Shown piece by piece: positions 56,368-64,000 of a stretch of DNA of 64,000 nt. Numbering within the stretch: the first letter of the stretch is position 1; every line of letters begins with the position of its first letter. Origin of the DNA: a virus. The stretch spans positions 17,477 through 81,476 of IMG/VR virus record IMGVR_UViG_3300048599_000897, one strand, 5' to 3'. The notes beneath the pieces were generated by a model. That model worked only from the letters and a program-made list of their open reading frames with translations. It did no database searches and had not been told where the DNA came from. A program made the translations under genes and the position numbers.

Positions 56368-58640
56368 AGATCGATTCCCGACAACTGCGTGTCGCCGAGG
56401 CCGTCCGGCTGCTGAACAACACCCCGCTGGGCGAGGTGGTCCAGCCGCAGTTGGTTTACCGCCACCTCAACCGCGCCGCCTACAAGATCGGTGACGGCAA
56501 ACGTATCGATCTCGTGCGCTACGCGGCGTGGTTGTTCCATGCTCGTCGGCAGGCGTTCGAACCGGGCTGGACGGAGGGCGATTACGAATCGCACAAAGAG
56601 TCGGTGAACGCTCGCAGCCGGGAGCAGTCGGAATCGTCGCGGGACATCGGGGCGGCGGGGTGGGTGCATCCGCCGGTGAATCCCGCGCGGAAAGATGCGT
56701 GCTGGGGATCGTTCCGGGGGTTCTGCGAGGCGTATTTTCCGCAGACGTTTCATCTGGCGTGGTCGCCGGACCACCTGAAGGTGATCGCAAAGATCGAGGC
56801 GGCGGTCCTGGATGGGGGACTGTTCGCGATGGCGATGCCTCGGGGGAGCGGCAAGACGACGTTGTGCGAGACGGCCTGTTTGTGGGCGCTGCTCTACGGG
56901 CACCGGGACTTCGTGGCGCTGATTGGGGCCGACGAGGAACACGCCGAGGACATGCTCGATTCCATCAAAAGCGAGATGGAGAACAATGACCTCTTGGAGG
57001 AGGACTTTTCCGAGGTCTGCGGGCCGATCCGGGCGCTGGAAGGTATCCACCAACGTGCCGCCGGGCAGCTCTATCGGGGGGCACGCACGCATGTGGGGTG
57101 GACGGCCAAGGAGATCGTGCTGCCGACCATCGAGGGGAGCGTGGCCTCCAGCGCCATCATCAAGGTCGCCGGCATCACCGGTCGCATCCGGGGGATGAAA
57201 CACAAGCGGGCCGACGGCAAGACGGCGCGGCCGTCACTGGTATTGCTGGACGATCCGCAAAGTGACGAATCGGCCCGCTCGCCTTCGCAGTGTACCACGC
57301 GCGAACAGATCCTCGCCGGCGCCATCCTGGGGCTGGCCGGGCCCGGGCGGAAGATCGCCGGACTCATGACGCTGACCGTCGTGCGCCCGGACGACATGGC
57401 CGACCGCATCCTCGACCGCGACAAGCACCCCCAGTGGCAGGGGGAACGCACCAAGATGGTCTACCACTTCCCGACCAATGATAAACTGTGGCAGGAATAT
57501 GGACGTTCGCGGTCGGAGGGGTTGCGGACGGATCGCGGCACGCAGGACGCCACGGCATTCTACCGGCAAAACCAGGCGGACATGGATGCCGGGGCGGTCG
57601 TGGCCTGGCCCCAGCGCCACAATCCCGATGAGCTTTCCGCCATTCAGCACGCCATGAATCTCAAACTGGATCAGGGGGATGCGGCGTTCTGGGCGGAATA
57701 CCAGAATGAGCCCTTGCCGGACCAGATCGAAGGCGAAACCATCAGCGCCGAGGTGATCGCTGGCAAGACCAATGGCCTCAAGCGTGGCGAGGTTCCCGCC
57801 GGCGTCAATCACCTGACCATGTTCATCGACGTCCAGGGGGCGCTCTTGTTCTGGATGGTCTGCGGATGGGAGGAGGATTTCACGGGGTACGTGCTGGATT
57901 ACGGGGCTTATCCGGACCAGAAACGAGGGTATTACACGCTCCGGGATGCCAAGCGCACCCTCTTGGCGTTGCATAAGGGCACGGGGCAGGAGGGGGCGAT
58001 CTATGCGGGCCTGACGGCGCTGACCGGGGAGGCGTTGGCTCGCAAGTTCCGGCGCGATGACGGCGCCGAGATGGCGATTGAGCGCTGCCTGATTGACGCC
58101 AACTGGGGCAACTCCACCGACGTAGTCTACCAGTTCTGCCGCCAGTCATCGCATGCGGCCGTGCTCATGCCCAGCCACGGGCGGTATGTCGGGGCGGCGA
58201 GCACCCCGTTCTCCGACTATAAGCCCAAACGGGGAGATCGCGTGGGCCTGCATTGGCGGATTCCGGGGGTGACCGGGAAACGCGCCACGCGCTACGCGCT
58301 GATTGATACCAACTACTGGAAGTCGTTCGTCCATGCCCGCCTGGCCGTGCCCATGGGCGATCCAGGGTGTTTGTCGTTTTTTGCCCCGCCCCCCGGTGTG
58401 GATCACCGGCTCTTGGCCGAGCACCTGTCGGCCGAGTACCGGGTGAAGACCCAGGGGCGCGGCCGGGAACTTGATGAATGGAAGATCCGCACCCCCGGGG
58501 CCGACAACCACTGGCTCGATTGCCTAGTCGCCTGCGCCGTCGCCGCGTCGATGCACGGGGCGATCCTGTTCGGCACCGACGCCCGGCGCGAGGTCCGCCC
58601 GCGGATCCGGCTCTCCTCCTTGCAGGGGAGGCGAAGATGA
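56364..58640 (+). CDS. terL: Terminase large subunit, GpA-like (copy 2)
   Basis: Same motifs as copy 1; TTG start overlaps the upstream TGA. Confidence 0.9.
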   Translation: MKIDSRQLRVAEAVRLLNNTPLGEVVQPQLVYRHLNRAAYKIGDGKRIDLVRYAAWLFHARRQAFEPGWTEGDYESHKESVNARSREQSESSRDIGAAGWVHPPVNPARKDACWGSFRGFCEAYFPQTFHLAWSPDHLKVIAKIEAAVLDGGLFAMAMPRGSGKTTLCETACLWALLYGHRDFVALIGADEEHAEDMLDSIKSEMENNDLLEEDFSEVCGPIRALEGIHQRAAGQLYRGARTHVGWTAKEIVLPTIEGSVASSAIIKVAGITGRIRGMKHKRADGKTARPSLVLLDDPQSDESARSPSQCTTREQILAGAILGLAGPGRKIAGLMTLTVVRPDDMADRILDRDKHPQWQGERTKMVYHFPTNDKLWQEYGRSRSEGLRTDRGTQDATAFYRQNQADMDAGAVVAWPQRHNPDELSAIQHAMNLKLDQGDAAFWAEYQNEPLPDQIEGETISAEVIAGKTNGLKRGEVPAGVNHLTMFIDVQGALLFWMVCGWEEDFTGYVLDYGAYPDQKRGYYTLRDAKRTLLALHKGTGQEGAIYAGLTALTGEALARKFRRDDGAEMAIERCLIDANWGNSTDVVYQFCRQSSHAAVLMPSHGRYVGAASTPFSDYKPKRGDRVGLHWRIPGVTGKRATRYALIDTNYWKSFVHARLAVPMGDPGCLSFFAPPPGVDHRLLAEHLSAEYRVKTQGRGRELDEWKIRTPGADNHWLDCLVACAVAASMHGAILFGTDARREVRPRIRLSSLQGRRR

Positions 58641-58846
58641 AGACCAACCCCAAGTCATCAGCTTCGTTGCGTGGATTGGTGTGTCCTAAGTGCGGCTGTC
58701 GTCACTTCGCAGTTGTCTATACGCGTCCTGCCAAGGGTGGGAAAATAATTCGCCGGCGTGCGTGCAGATTCTGTCAAAAACGAATTACAACTTGGGAAAG
58801 TGCCTTGGGCGCGGCGTTAGGTGATGAAAATAACGCTATTCATTAA
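58637..58846 (+). CDS. Zinc-ribbon protein (copy 2)
   Basis: CPKCGC...RRRACRFCQKRITTWE. Confidence 0.75.
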   Translation: MKTNPKSSASLRGLVCPKCGCRHFAVVYTRPAKGGKIIRRRACRFCQKRITTWESALGAALGDENNAIH

Positions 58847-58971
58847 AACGAATTAAAGAAGTTGTCCTTTAATGTTGGCGCGAGGCAGAAGCCGATCATT
58901 GACAGGACGGATGGCAACCTGTGACAATGAGGGCCGTTCTGCCTGCTCTTAGGATCAGAATGGACGGTACC

Positions 58972-60039
58972 ATGAGCAGTTCCAGCAACCAGGTGAGAGT
59001 GAATAATCAACCTCCCAATCCTATGCGTCGGCTTTACCAACGTCTCGAACAGGCGAAGCTCGACTCCAAGTACGTCTCGAAGGTCGCGTTACCCGAGTGG
59101 TGGGATGATAGCATCGCGGAGTCTGAGGCAGGTTATGCGCGAGCTTTGGGGTTTCTTGCTACGTACCTTGGTATCGACCTGAAGACGCTTTGGAATGACT
59201 CTGCCCCACTCGGGTGCATGGACTTCGGGAAGACTAATTTCAAAAAGAGTCAGGGCGTTTCGGAGGCAGATGTGCAATGGCCAAAGTGCGTTGCATTAAG
59301 CGCTGCGAGAATTGCCCTCCAAGCAATGAATTCTGATTTCATGGACCTTCCAACGACGGGTGCCGAAGTTCGCGACGAAATCCTTCGCCTTGGAAAGAGC
59401 TGGGTGGACTTAGAGAGCCTTCTTGATTTCCTTTGGGCCCGCGGCGTGCCAGTGCTCCATGTTTCCGAATTCCCGTCACATGCGAAGAAGATGCAGGGTT
59501 TGGCAGCAAAGGTCGATGGACGACCAGTCATTGTCATTTCGAAGAAGCATCCGTTCAGCGCCCTCGTCCTTTTTGATATTGCGCACGAACTTGGGCATAT
59601 TTTATGCAAACATGTGGATCAGAATTCTATCGTATTGGATTCTGCAATAGACCGCGTTTCAGATACGAATAATGATCCTGAGGAGACGGCTGCGAACAAT
59701 AGCGCGGTCGAGACACTTACCGGAATGCCAGACCGTCGATTTACTGCCTCCGTTTCCTATGTGAATGCGCGAGCGTTAGCAGTAATGGCTACTCATGCAG
59801 GGCGCGAGCATCGCGTTGATCCGGGAGTTGTGGCGCAGAATTTTGGACATGGTCGGCAGTCATATGCACTGTCAAACGGCGCCTGCAAGATCATCGAACC
59901 TGATGCCAAACCGATTGATCTCGTTCGAAGTAAGATGGTCAGCAATCTAAATCTTGACGAGCTCTCTTTAGAAGACGGAGAGTTTCTCTTCCGGGTTACT
60001 GGAGCGGGAGCTGTGAATGGTATTGCTCTCGGACAGTGA
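58972..60039 (+). CDS. ImmA/IrrE-family metallopeptidase, inserted cassette (start uncertain, ORF open from 58921)
   Basis: LFDIAHELGH HExxH, PEETAAN; AT-richer than the flanks. Confidence 0.78.
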   Translation: MSSSSNQVRVNNQPPNPMRRLYQRLEQAKLDSKYVSKVALPEWWDDSIAESEAGYARALGFLATYLGIDLKTLWNDSAPLGCMDFGKTNFKKSQGVSEADVQWPKCVALSAARIALQAMNSDFMDLPTTGAEVRDEILRLGKSWVDLESLLDFLWARGVPVLHVSEFPSHAKKMQGLAAKVDGRPVIVISKKHPFSALVLFDIAHELGHILCKHVDQNSIVLDSAIDRVSDTNNDPEETAANNSAVETLTGMPDRRFTASVSYVNARALAVMATHAGREHRVDPGVVAQNFGHGRQSYALSNGACKIIEPDAKPIDLVRSKMVSNLNLDELSLEDGEFLFRVTGAGAVNGIALGQ

Positions 60040-60655
60040 CTTAATTATAAAACTGGCTGAATTGGATCTTCTGGACATTGCGGTTGACGCTCTTTCCGTC
60101 GACAGAAGCAATGTTCGGATACTTCCTGAACTTCGCCGAGTATTGGGATCCCCACGAGTGTGCTCAAGCCACTCAGGAGACGGGATGAGGCGAGCAATCA
60201 CGTTTGCAGAAAAGACCCGGACTCTTGACAAGATTGACAGCGCGGAACAAATCATACTGCACGGCGCATCTGCTAAATATTGCAATCGAACCATTCGGAT
60301 TGATAGCGGGGAGGCGGTACTTTACGCTGCAACGAAGTTCTTTCCCACGTTTCTCGTCGCAACGGGTGACAAACGAAGCCTCCGCGTTTTGGCCTTGTCA
60401 CAGGATTGCGCAGCAATCCACGCTCGATTGAAGAACCATGTGATCTGTCTCGAACAAATTGTACTGAAACTCATCGACAAACACGGTTATAAAGACATTC
60501 AGAATCGCGTGGCAGCTAATTGCTCGTGTGACTACTGCATCCAGAACGCCTTTGCGGACGGTAAACCGACAATGGTCGAATTGGAATGTAGGAAATGGCT
60601 CGATGGTTACGTCAGGGAATTGAAGGTCGATACCCAAGGCCTTCTCGTGGCCTAG
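60017..60655 (+). CDS. PIN-like protein, putative toxin
   Basis: LLSDSDLIIKL, IDSGEAVLY, VATGDKRSL PIN-type acidic triad; overlaps the peptidase gene. Confidence 0.7.
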   Translation: MVLLSDSDLIIKLAELDLLDIAVDALSVDRSNVRILPELRRVLGSPRVCSSHSGDGMRRAITFAEKTRTLDKIDSAEQIILHGASAKYCNRTIRIDSGEAVLYAATKFFPTFLVATGDKRSLRVLALSQDCAAIHARLKNHVICLEQIVLKLIDKHGYKDIQNRVAANCSCDYCIQNAFADGKPTMVELECRKWLDGYVRELKVDTQGLLVA

Positions 60656-60773
60656 TCCACCTACGGGTAATGGGATAGGGTGGTGCATGTCTACCCGTGT
60701 AACATTCTTCCAACTCTTCTGACATTTTCAGCCGTTTTGCCACCATTTCACCAGCCATTCCTGTCCATGATTA

Positions 60774-61001
60774 GTGATGGGCACGACTGCGTCATGGCCT
60801 TCCGGATTATCGAAAGCGGCAATCAGCCACTGCCCCCCGCCGCTGCGCGCTGACGCCCTGCAGGTCGCGTGGCTGGCCTTGTCCGAGGGCAAGAAGCCCG
60901 ATTCGGCGGTGCGTGCCCTGGTGCGACACGAGCAGAAACACGCCGCAGCCCGTCCCAACTTCGATTTATGTACCGCCAGCGGCATTCGCAAGAGGTTTTA
61001 G
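60774..61001 (+). CDS. Small hypothetical protein (absent from copy 1)
   Basis: DALQVAWLALSEGK helical motif; ends 4 nt before the next start. Confidence 0.5.
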   Translation: MMGTTASWPSGLSKAAISHCPPPLRADALQVAWLALSEGKKPDSAVRALVRHEQKHAAARPNFDLCTASGIRKRF

Positions 61002-61005
61002 CGCC

Positions 61006-61203
61006 ATGGCAGATGACCTGGAACAAGTGATTCGTGACAGCGCCGCCGGCCCCAAACGGGCCAAGGGCGACAGTGCCGAGATGGAGCAGCACTCGCTGCC
61101 CGACCAGATCGCCGCCGACCGCTACCTCCAAAGCAAGACCGCCTCCCGCCGCGCGGGCCTTGGCATCCCTTTAAAGAAACTCTCACCCCCCGGAGCGCCG
61201 TAA
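61006..61203 (+). CDS. Small head-completion protein (copy 2)
   Basis: Paralog of 3003..3200. Confidence 0.75.
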   Translation: MADDLEQVIRDSAAGPKRAKGDSAEMEQHSLPDQIAADRYLQSKTASRRAGLGIPLKKLSPPGAP

Positions 61204-62759
61204 TGTTCGGATGGTTCAAACATCGCTCCTCCTCTTCCGCCGTGGCAGCGGCCCCCTCTACGCCTGCCGCCGGGTCCGACCCGCGCCCCACGAACCTGCG
61301 CCTCATGCGGGCTCCCATTCGGGGGCGTTTCGATTCCGCCGTGACCACCGAGGAGAACCGGCGTCACTGGGCCTATGCCGACGGCCTTTCCCCCACCGCC
61401 GCCGTGAGCGTCCCGGTGCGTCTGATCCTGCGCAACCGCGCCCGTTACGAAGTTGCCAACAATTCCTACGCCAAGGGCATCGTGCTCACCTTGGCCAATG
61501 ACGTCATCGGCACCGGCCCGCGCCTCCAGATGCTCACACAGGATGACGCGGCCAACGCCACCATTGAGCAGGCGTTTGGCGATTGGGCCGATAGCGTGGG
61601 CCTGGCCGACAAGCTCCGCACCATGCGCATGGCGCGGGCGGACTCGGGCGAGGTCTTCGGCGTTCTGATCAATAATCCCCTGCTGAATTCCTCCGTTACG
61701 CTGGACCTGAAATTGGTCGAAGCTGACCAGGTCACCACGCCCGTCCTCCTGCTGCCCAATCCCCAGCCGGTGGACGGTATCGTCTTTGACGACCTCGGCA
61801 ACCCCGTCGAATATCACATTCTGCGGCAACATCCCGGCGATCTATTTGCCTTCGGCAGCACCGGGGGCATGGGAGCCGGACCCCTGGCCTTCGACCGCGT
61901 ACCCGCCGCCTCGGTGATCCACTATTTCCGCCCCGACCGGCCCGGCCAGCGCCGCGGCATTCCGGATATCACGCCGGCGCTGCCGCTGTTTGCCCAACTG
62001 CGGCGCTACACGCTGGCAGTCATTGCCGCCGCCGAGACCGCCGCCGACTTTGCTGCCGTCCTGTACACTGACGCCCCGGCCAACGGGGAAGCCGATCAGG
62101 TCGAGCCAATGGACATCATCGACCTGGAACGCCGCATGGCCACGGTTCTGCCGGGGGGTTGGAAGCTCGGCCAAATCACCGCCGAACAGCCCGCCACGAC
62201 GTATGGCGAATTCAAGAAGGAAATCCTCAACGAAATCGCCCGCTGTTTGAACATGCCCTTTAACGTCGCGGCGGGTAATTCCTCGGGCTACAACTATGCC
62301 TCGGGGCGACTCGACCATCAGACCTACTTTAAATCCATCCGCATCGATCAGGCGCAGATTGAACTGGCCATTCTCGACCGGATCCTCAAGGCGTGGCTGG
62401 ATGAAGCCGTTCTGGTCGAAGGCCTGTTGCCCCAGTCGCTGCGGTCGCTGGGTGCCAAGTTCCCCCACCAGTGGTTCTGGGACGGCCACGAGCACGTCGA
62501 TCCGGCGAAGGAAGCCAACGCCCAAGCCACGCGACTGGCCAACAACACCACCACGCTCGCTTACGAATTTGCCCGCCAGGGTCGGGATTGGGAAGCCGAA
62601 CTGCGCCAACGGGCCAAGGAAGTGGCGCTGATGGCGGAATTAGGTTTGCCCGCCTCCCCCTCCACTTCCGCTTCTCCGACCTCCCCGTCATCTTCCCCGA
62701 CCAACCCTTCTTCCAACCAGGAGCCCGAGTATGCCGACACCGGCGAAACCGACGACTGA
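61203..62759 (+). CDS. Portal protein, lambda family (copy 2)
   Basis: Same signatures as copy 1. Confidence 0.92.
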   Translation: MFGWFKHRSSSSAVAAAPSTPAAGSDPRPTNLRLMRAPIRGRFDSAVTTEENRRHWAYADGLSPTAAVSVPVRLILRNRARYEVANNSYAKGIVLTLANDVIGTGPRLQMLTQDDAANATIEQAFGDWADSVGLADKLRTMRMARADSGEVFGVLINNPLLNSSVTLDLKLVEADQVTTPVLLLPNPQPVDGIVFDDLGNPVEYHILRQHPGDLFAFGSTGGMGAGPLAFDRVPAASVIHYFRPDRPGQRRGIPDITPALPLFAQLRRYTLAVIAAAETAADFAAVLYTDAPANGEADQVEPMDIIDLERRMATVLPGGWKLGQITAEQPATTYGEFKKEILNEIARCLNMPFNVAAGNSSGYNYASGRLDHQTYFKSIRIDQAQIELAILDRILKAWLDEAVLVEGLLPQSLRSLGAKFPHQWFWDGHEHVDPAKEANAQATRLANNTTTLAYEFARQGRDWEAELRQRAKEVALMAELGLPASPSTSASPTSPSSSPTNPSSNQEPEYADTGETDD

Positions 62760-64000
62760 CACCCCCGCCTCCGGCCCGCGCGATCTGGAGATTGTCGCCG
62801 CCGCCAGCGATCTAAAGTGGCTCGACGCGGCCTCAACCGAGGGCCAACCGGTGAAGCTGCGCCGCTTCGCGATGGTCGCCTATACCGGCGGGCCCATGCA
62901 GTTGGGCGGGTGGCGCTTCCCCGTGGTGGTGGATCTGGCCGGGCTTCAGGCGTCGGCCAAACCCAAGGTCTTCCTCGAACACAACCGGGCCGCACGCGTC
63001 GGCCACATCGACAACGTGCAGATCACCGAAAGCGCTCTTTCCGTCACCGGCATTGTGTCCGCCTCCGGCCAAGCCGCCCAGGAGGTCTTGAGCGACGCCG
63101 CCAACGGTTTCCCCTGGCAGGCGTCCATCGGGGCACGGGCCATCGATGTCGAATGGGTGCCCGACGGCACCAGCGCCCAGGCCAACGGCCAGACCTTCAA
63201 AGGTCCCGTCAACATTGCCCGTAAATCCCTACTTGGTGAAGTCAGCTTTGTGGCGCTGGGTGCCGACGACCGCACGTCCGCCCAGATCGCCGCGCATAAG
63301 GAGTCCATCATGCCCACCGAAACTACCCCCTCCGTCACCCCTGTGACCGCCCCTGTCACGGCTGCCGAGGCGCCGGCCCCGACCCAATCGCCGGAGGCCA
63401 TCCGCGCCGCCGCCGCTTCCGAAATGAAGCGGATCGCCGCCGTGCAGAAGGTGTGCGGCACCAAACACGCCGAGATTGCCGCCAAGGCCGTCGAGGAGAA
63501 CTGGTCGCAGGAACGCACGGAATTGGAAGTGCTGCGTGCCGACCGACCCGCCGCCCCCGCCGCCCATGTGCATGACAACCGCGTGGATCAGAAGGTGATC
63601 ATGGCGACAGCGGGGTTCGCCGGGCGTCTCCCGGAGAAGACCCTCCTGGCGTCCTTTGGTGAACAGGCGGTGGAAGCCGCCGGCAAGCTCCGGGGGATCG
63701 GCATTCAGGAACTCTTCCGCCTGTGCGCCCGGGCCGAGGGGCGGGAACTGCCGCCCTGCGTGGGCAAGGGCACCGAGTTTATTCTGGCCGCATTCTCGAC
63801 GCTTTCGTTGCCGGGCATCCTCTCGAACGTCGCCAACAAGGTGCTCTTGGACGGCTACAACTATCAGGAGGCCGCGTGGCGTGCGATCTGTCGCATCGGC
63901 AGCCTGCGGGATTTCAAACCTCATGTCCGCTACCGGCTCACCGACGACATGAAGTTCCAGAAGGTCGGGCCCGACGGCGAACTCAAGCACGGGTCGCTGG
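62731..64000 (+). CDS. Prohead protease-major capsid fusion (copy 2, truncated by the window end)
   Basis: ATG 62731 reads MPTPAKP...LRRFAMVAYTGG...WQASIGA...EVSFVALGAD...LSNVANK; not in the ORF track because it runs off the edge. Confidence 0.88.
   Translation, partial: MPTPAKPTTDTPASGPRDLEIVAAASDLKWLDAASTEGQPVKLRRFAMVAYTGGPMQLGGWRFPVVVDLAGLQASAKPKVFLEHNRAARVGHIDNVQITESALSVTGIVSASGQAAQEVLSDAANGFPWQASIGARAIDVEWVPDGTSAQANGQTFKGPVNIARKSLLGEVSFVALGADDRTSAQIAAHKESIMPTETTPSVTPVTAPVTAAEAPAPTQSPEAIRAAAASEMKRIAAVQKVCGTKHAEIAAKAVEENWSQERTELEVLRADRPAAPAAHVHDNRVDQKVIMATAGFAGRLPEKTLLASFGEQAVEAAGKLRGIGIQELFRLCARAEGRELPPCVGKGTEFILAAFSTLSLPGILSNVANKVLLDGYNYQEAAWRAICRIGSLRDFKPHVRYRLTDDMKFQKVGPDGELKHGSL

Larger units (their letters stand above)
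42900..64000 (+). mobile_element. Prophage 2, paralog of prophage 1 (integration, replication and packaging arms; runs off the window)
   Basis: Recombinase module, primase, terminase, portal and capsid; synteny with 1-6.8 kb. Confidence 0.88.

Noticed and set aside
1-64000. CRISPR array, tRNA or rRNA genes
   Set aside because: No regularly spaced repeats and no full cloverleaf or T-loop context found; only a 12-bp tRNA-end-like fragment

Overview
High-GC bacterial window; the gene families resemble those of Planctomycetota/Phycisphaerae phage-like elements (inference). It has three blocks. (1) 1-~18.5 kb is the late arm of a siphovirus-like prophage: putative small terminase, GpA-type large terminase, lambda-type portal, protease-capsid fusion, head-tail and tail genes, a membrane/lipoprotein/alpha-beta-hydrolase cassette, tape measure, tail tip, and a DUF3431-like gene. 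(2) ~18.5-42.9 kb is a defence island. A large serine recombinase is divergent from a Xis-like HTH, which heads a ~19.4 kb co-directional cluster: SNF2 helicase (DrmD-like), N6-adenine MTase, HEPN-motif protein, DUF932, HNH+DGQH protein, Mrr_N-like wHTH, a 1815-aa YprA/DUF1998 helicase with a C-terminal nuclease, TcmP and DUF5131. A convergent IrrE-type peptidase / PIN pair follows. (3) ~43 kb to the window end is a second, paralogous prophage in the same orientation: DUF2924 + serine recombinase, a TPR-DUF2726-HTH protein, sigma-like and primase genes, a candidate origin and cos-like site, ParB-MTase, terminase, an inserted IrrE+PIN cassette, portal, and a partial capsid gene. No tRNA, rRNA, CRISPR array or reverse transcriptase was seen. 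Family assignments come from visible motifs and recalled family signatures, not from database searches.
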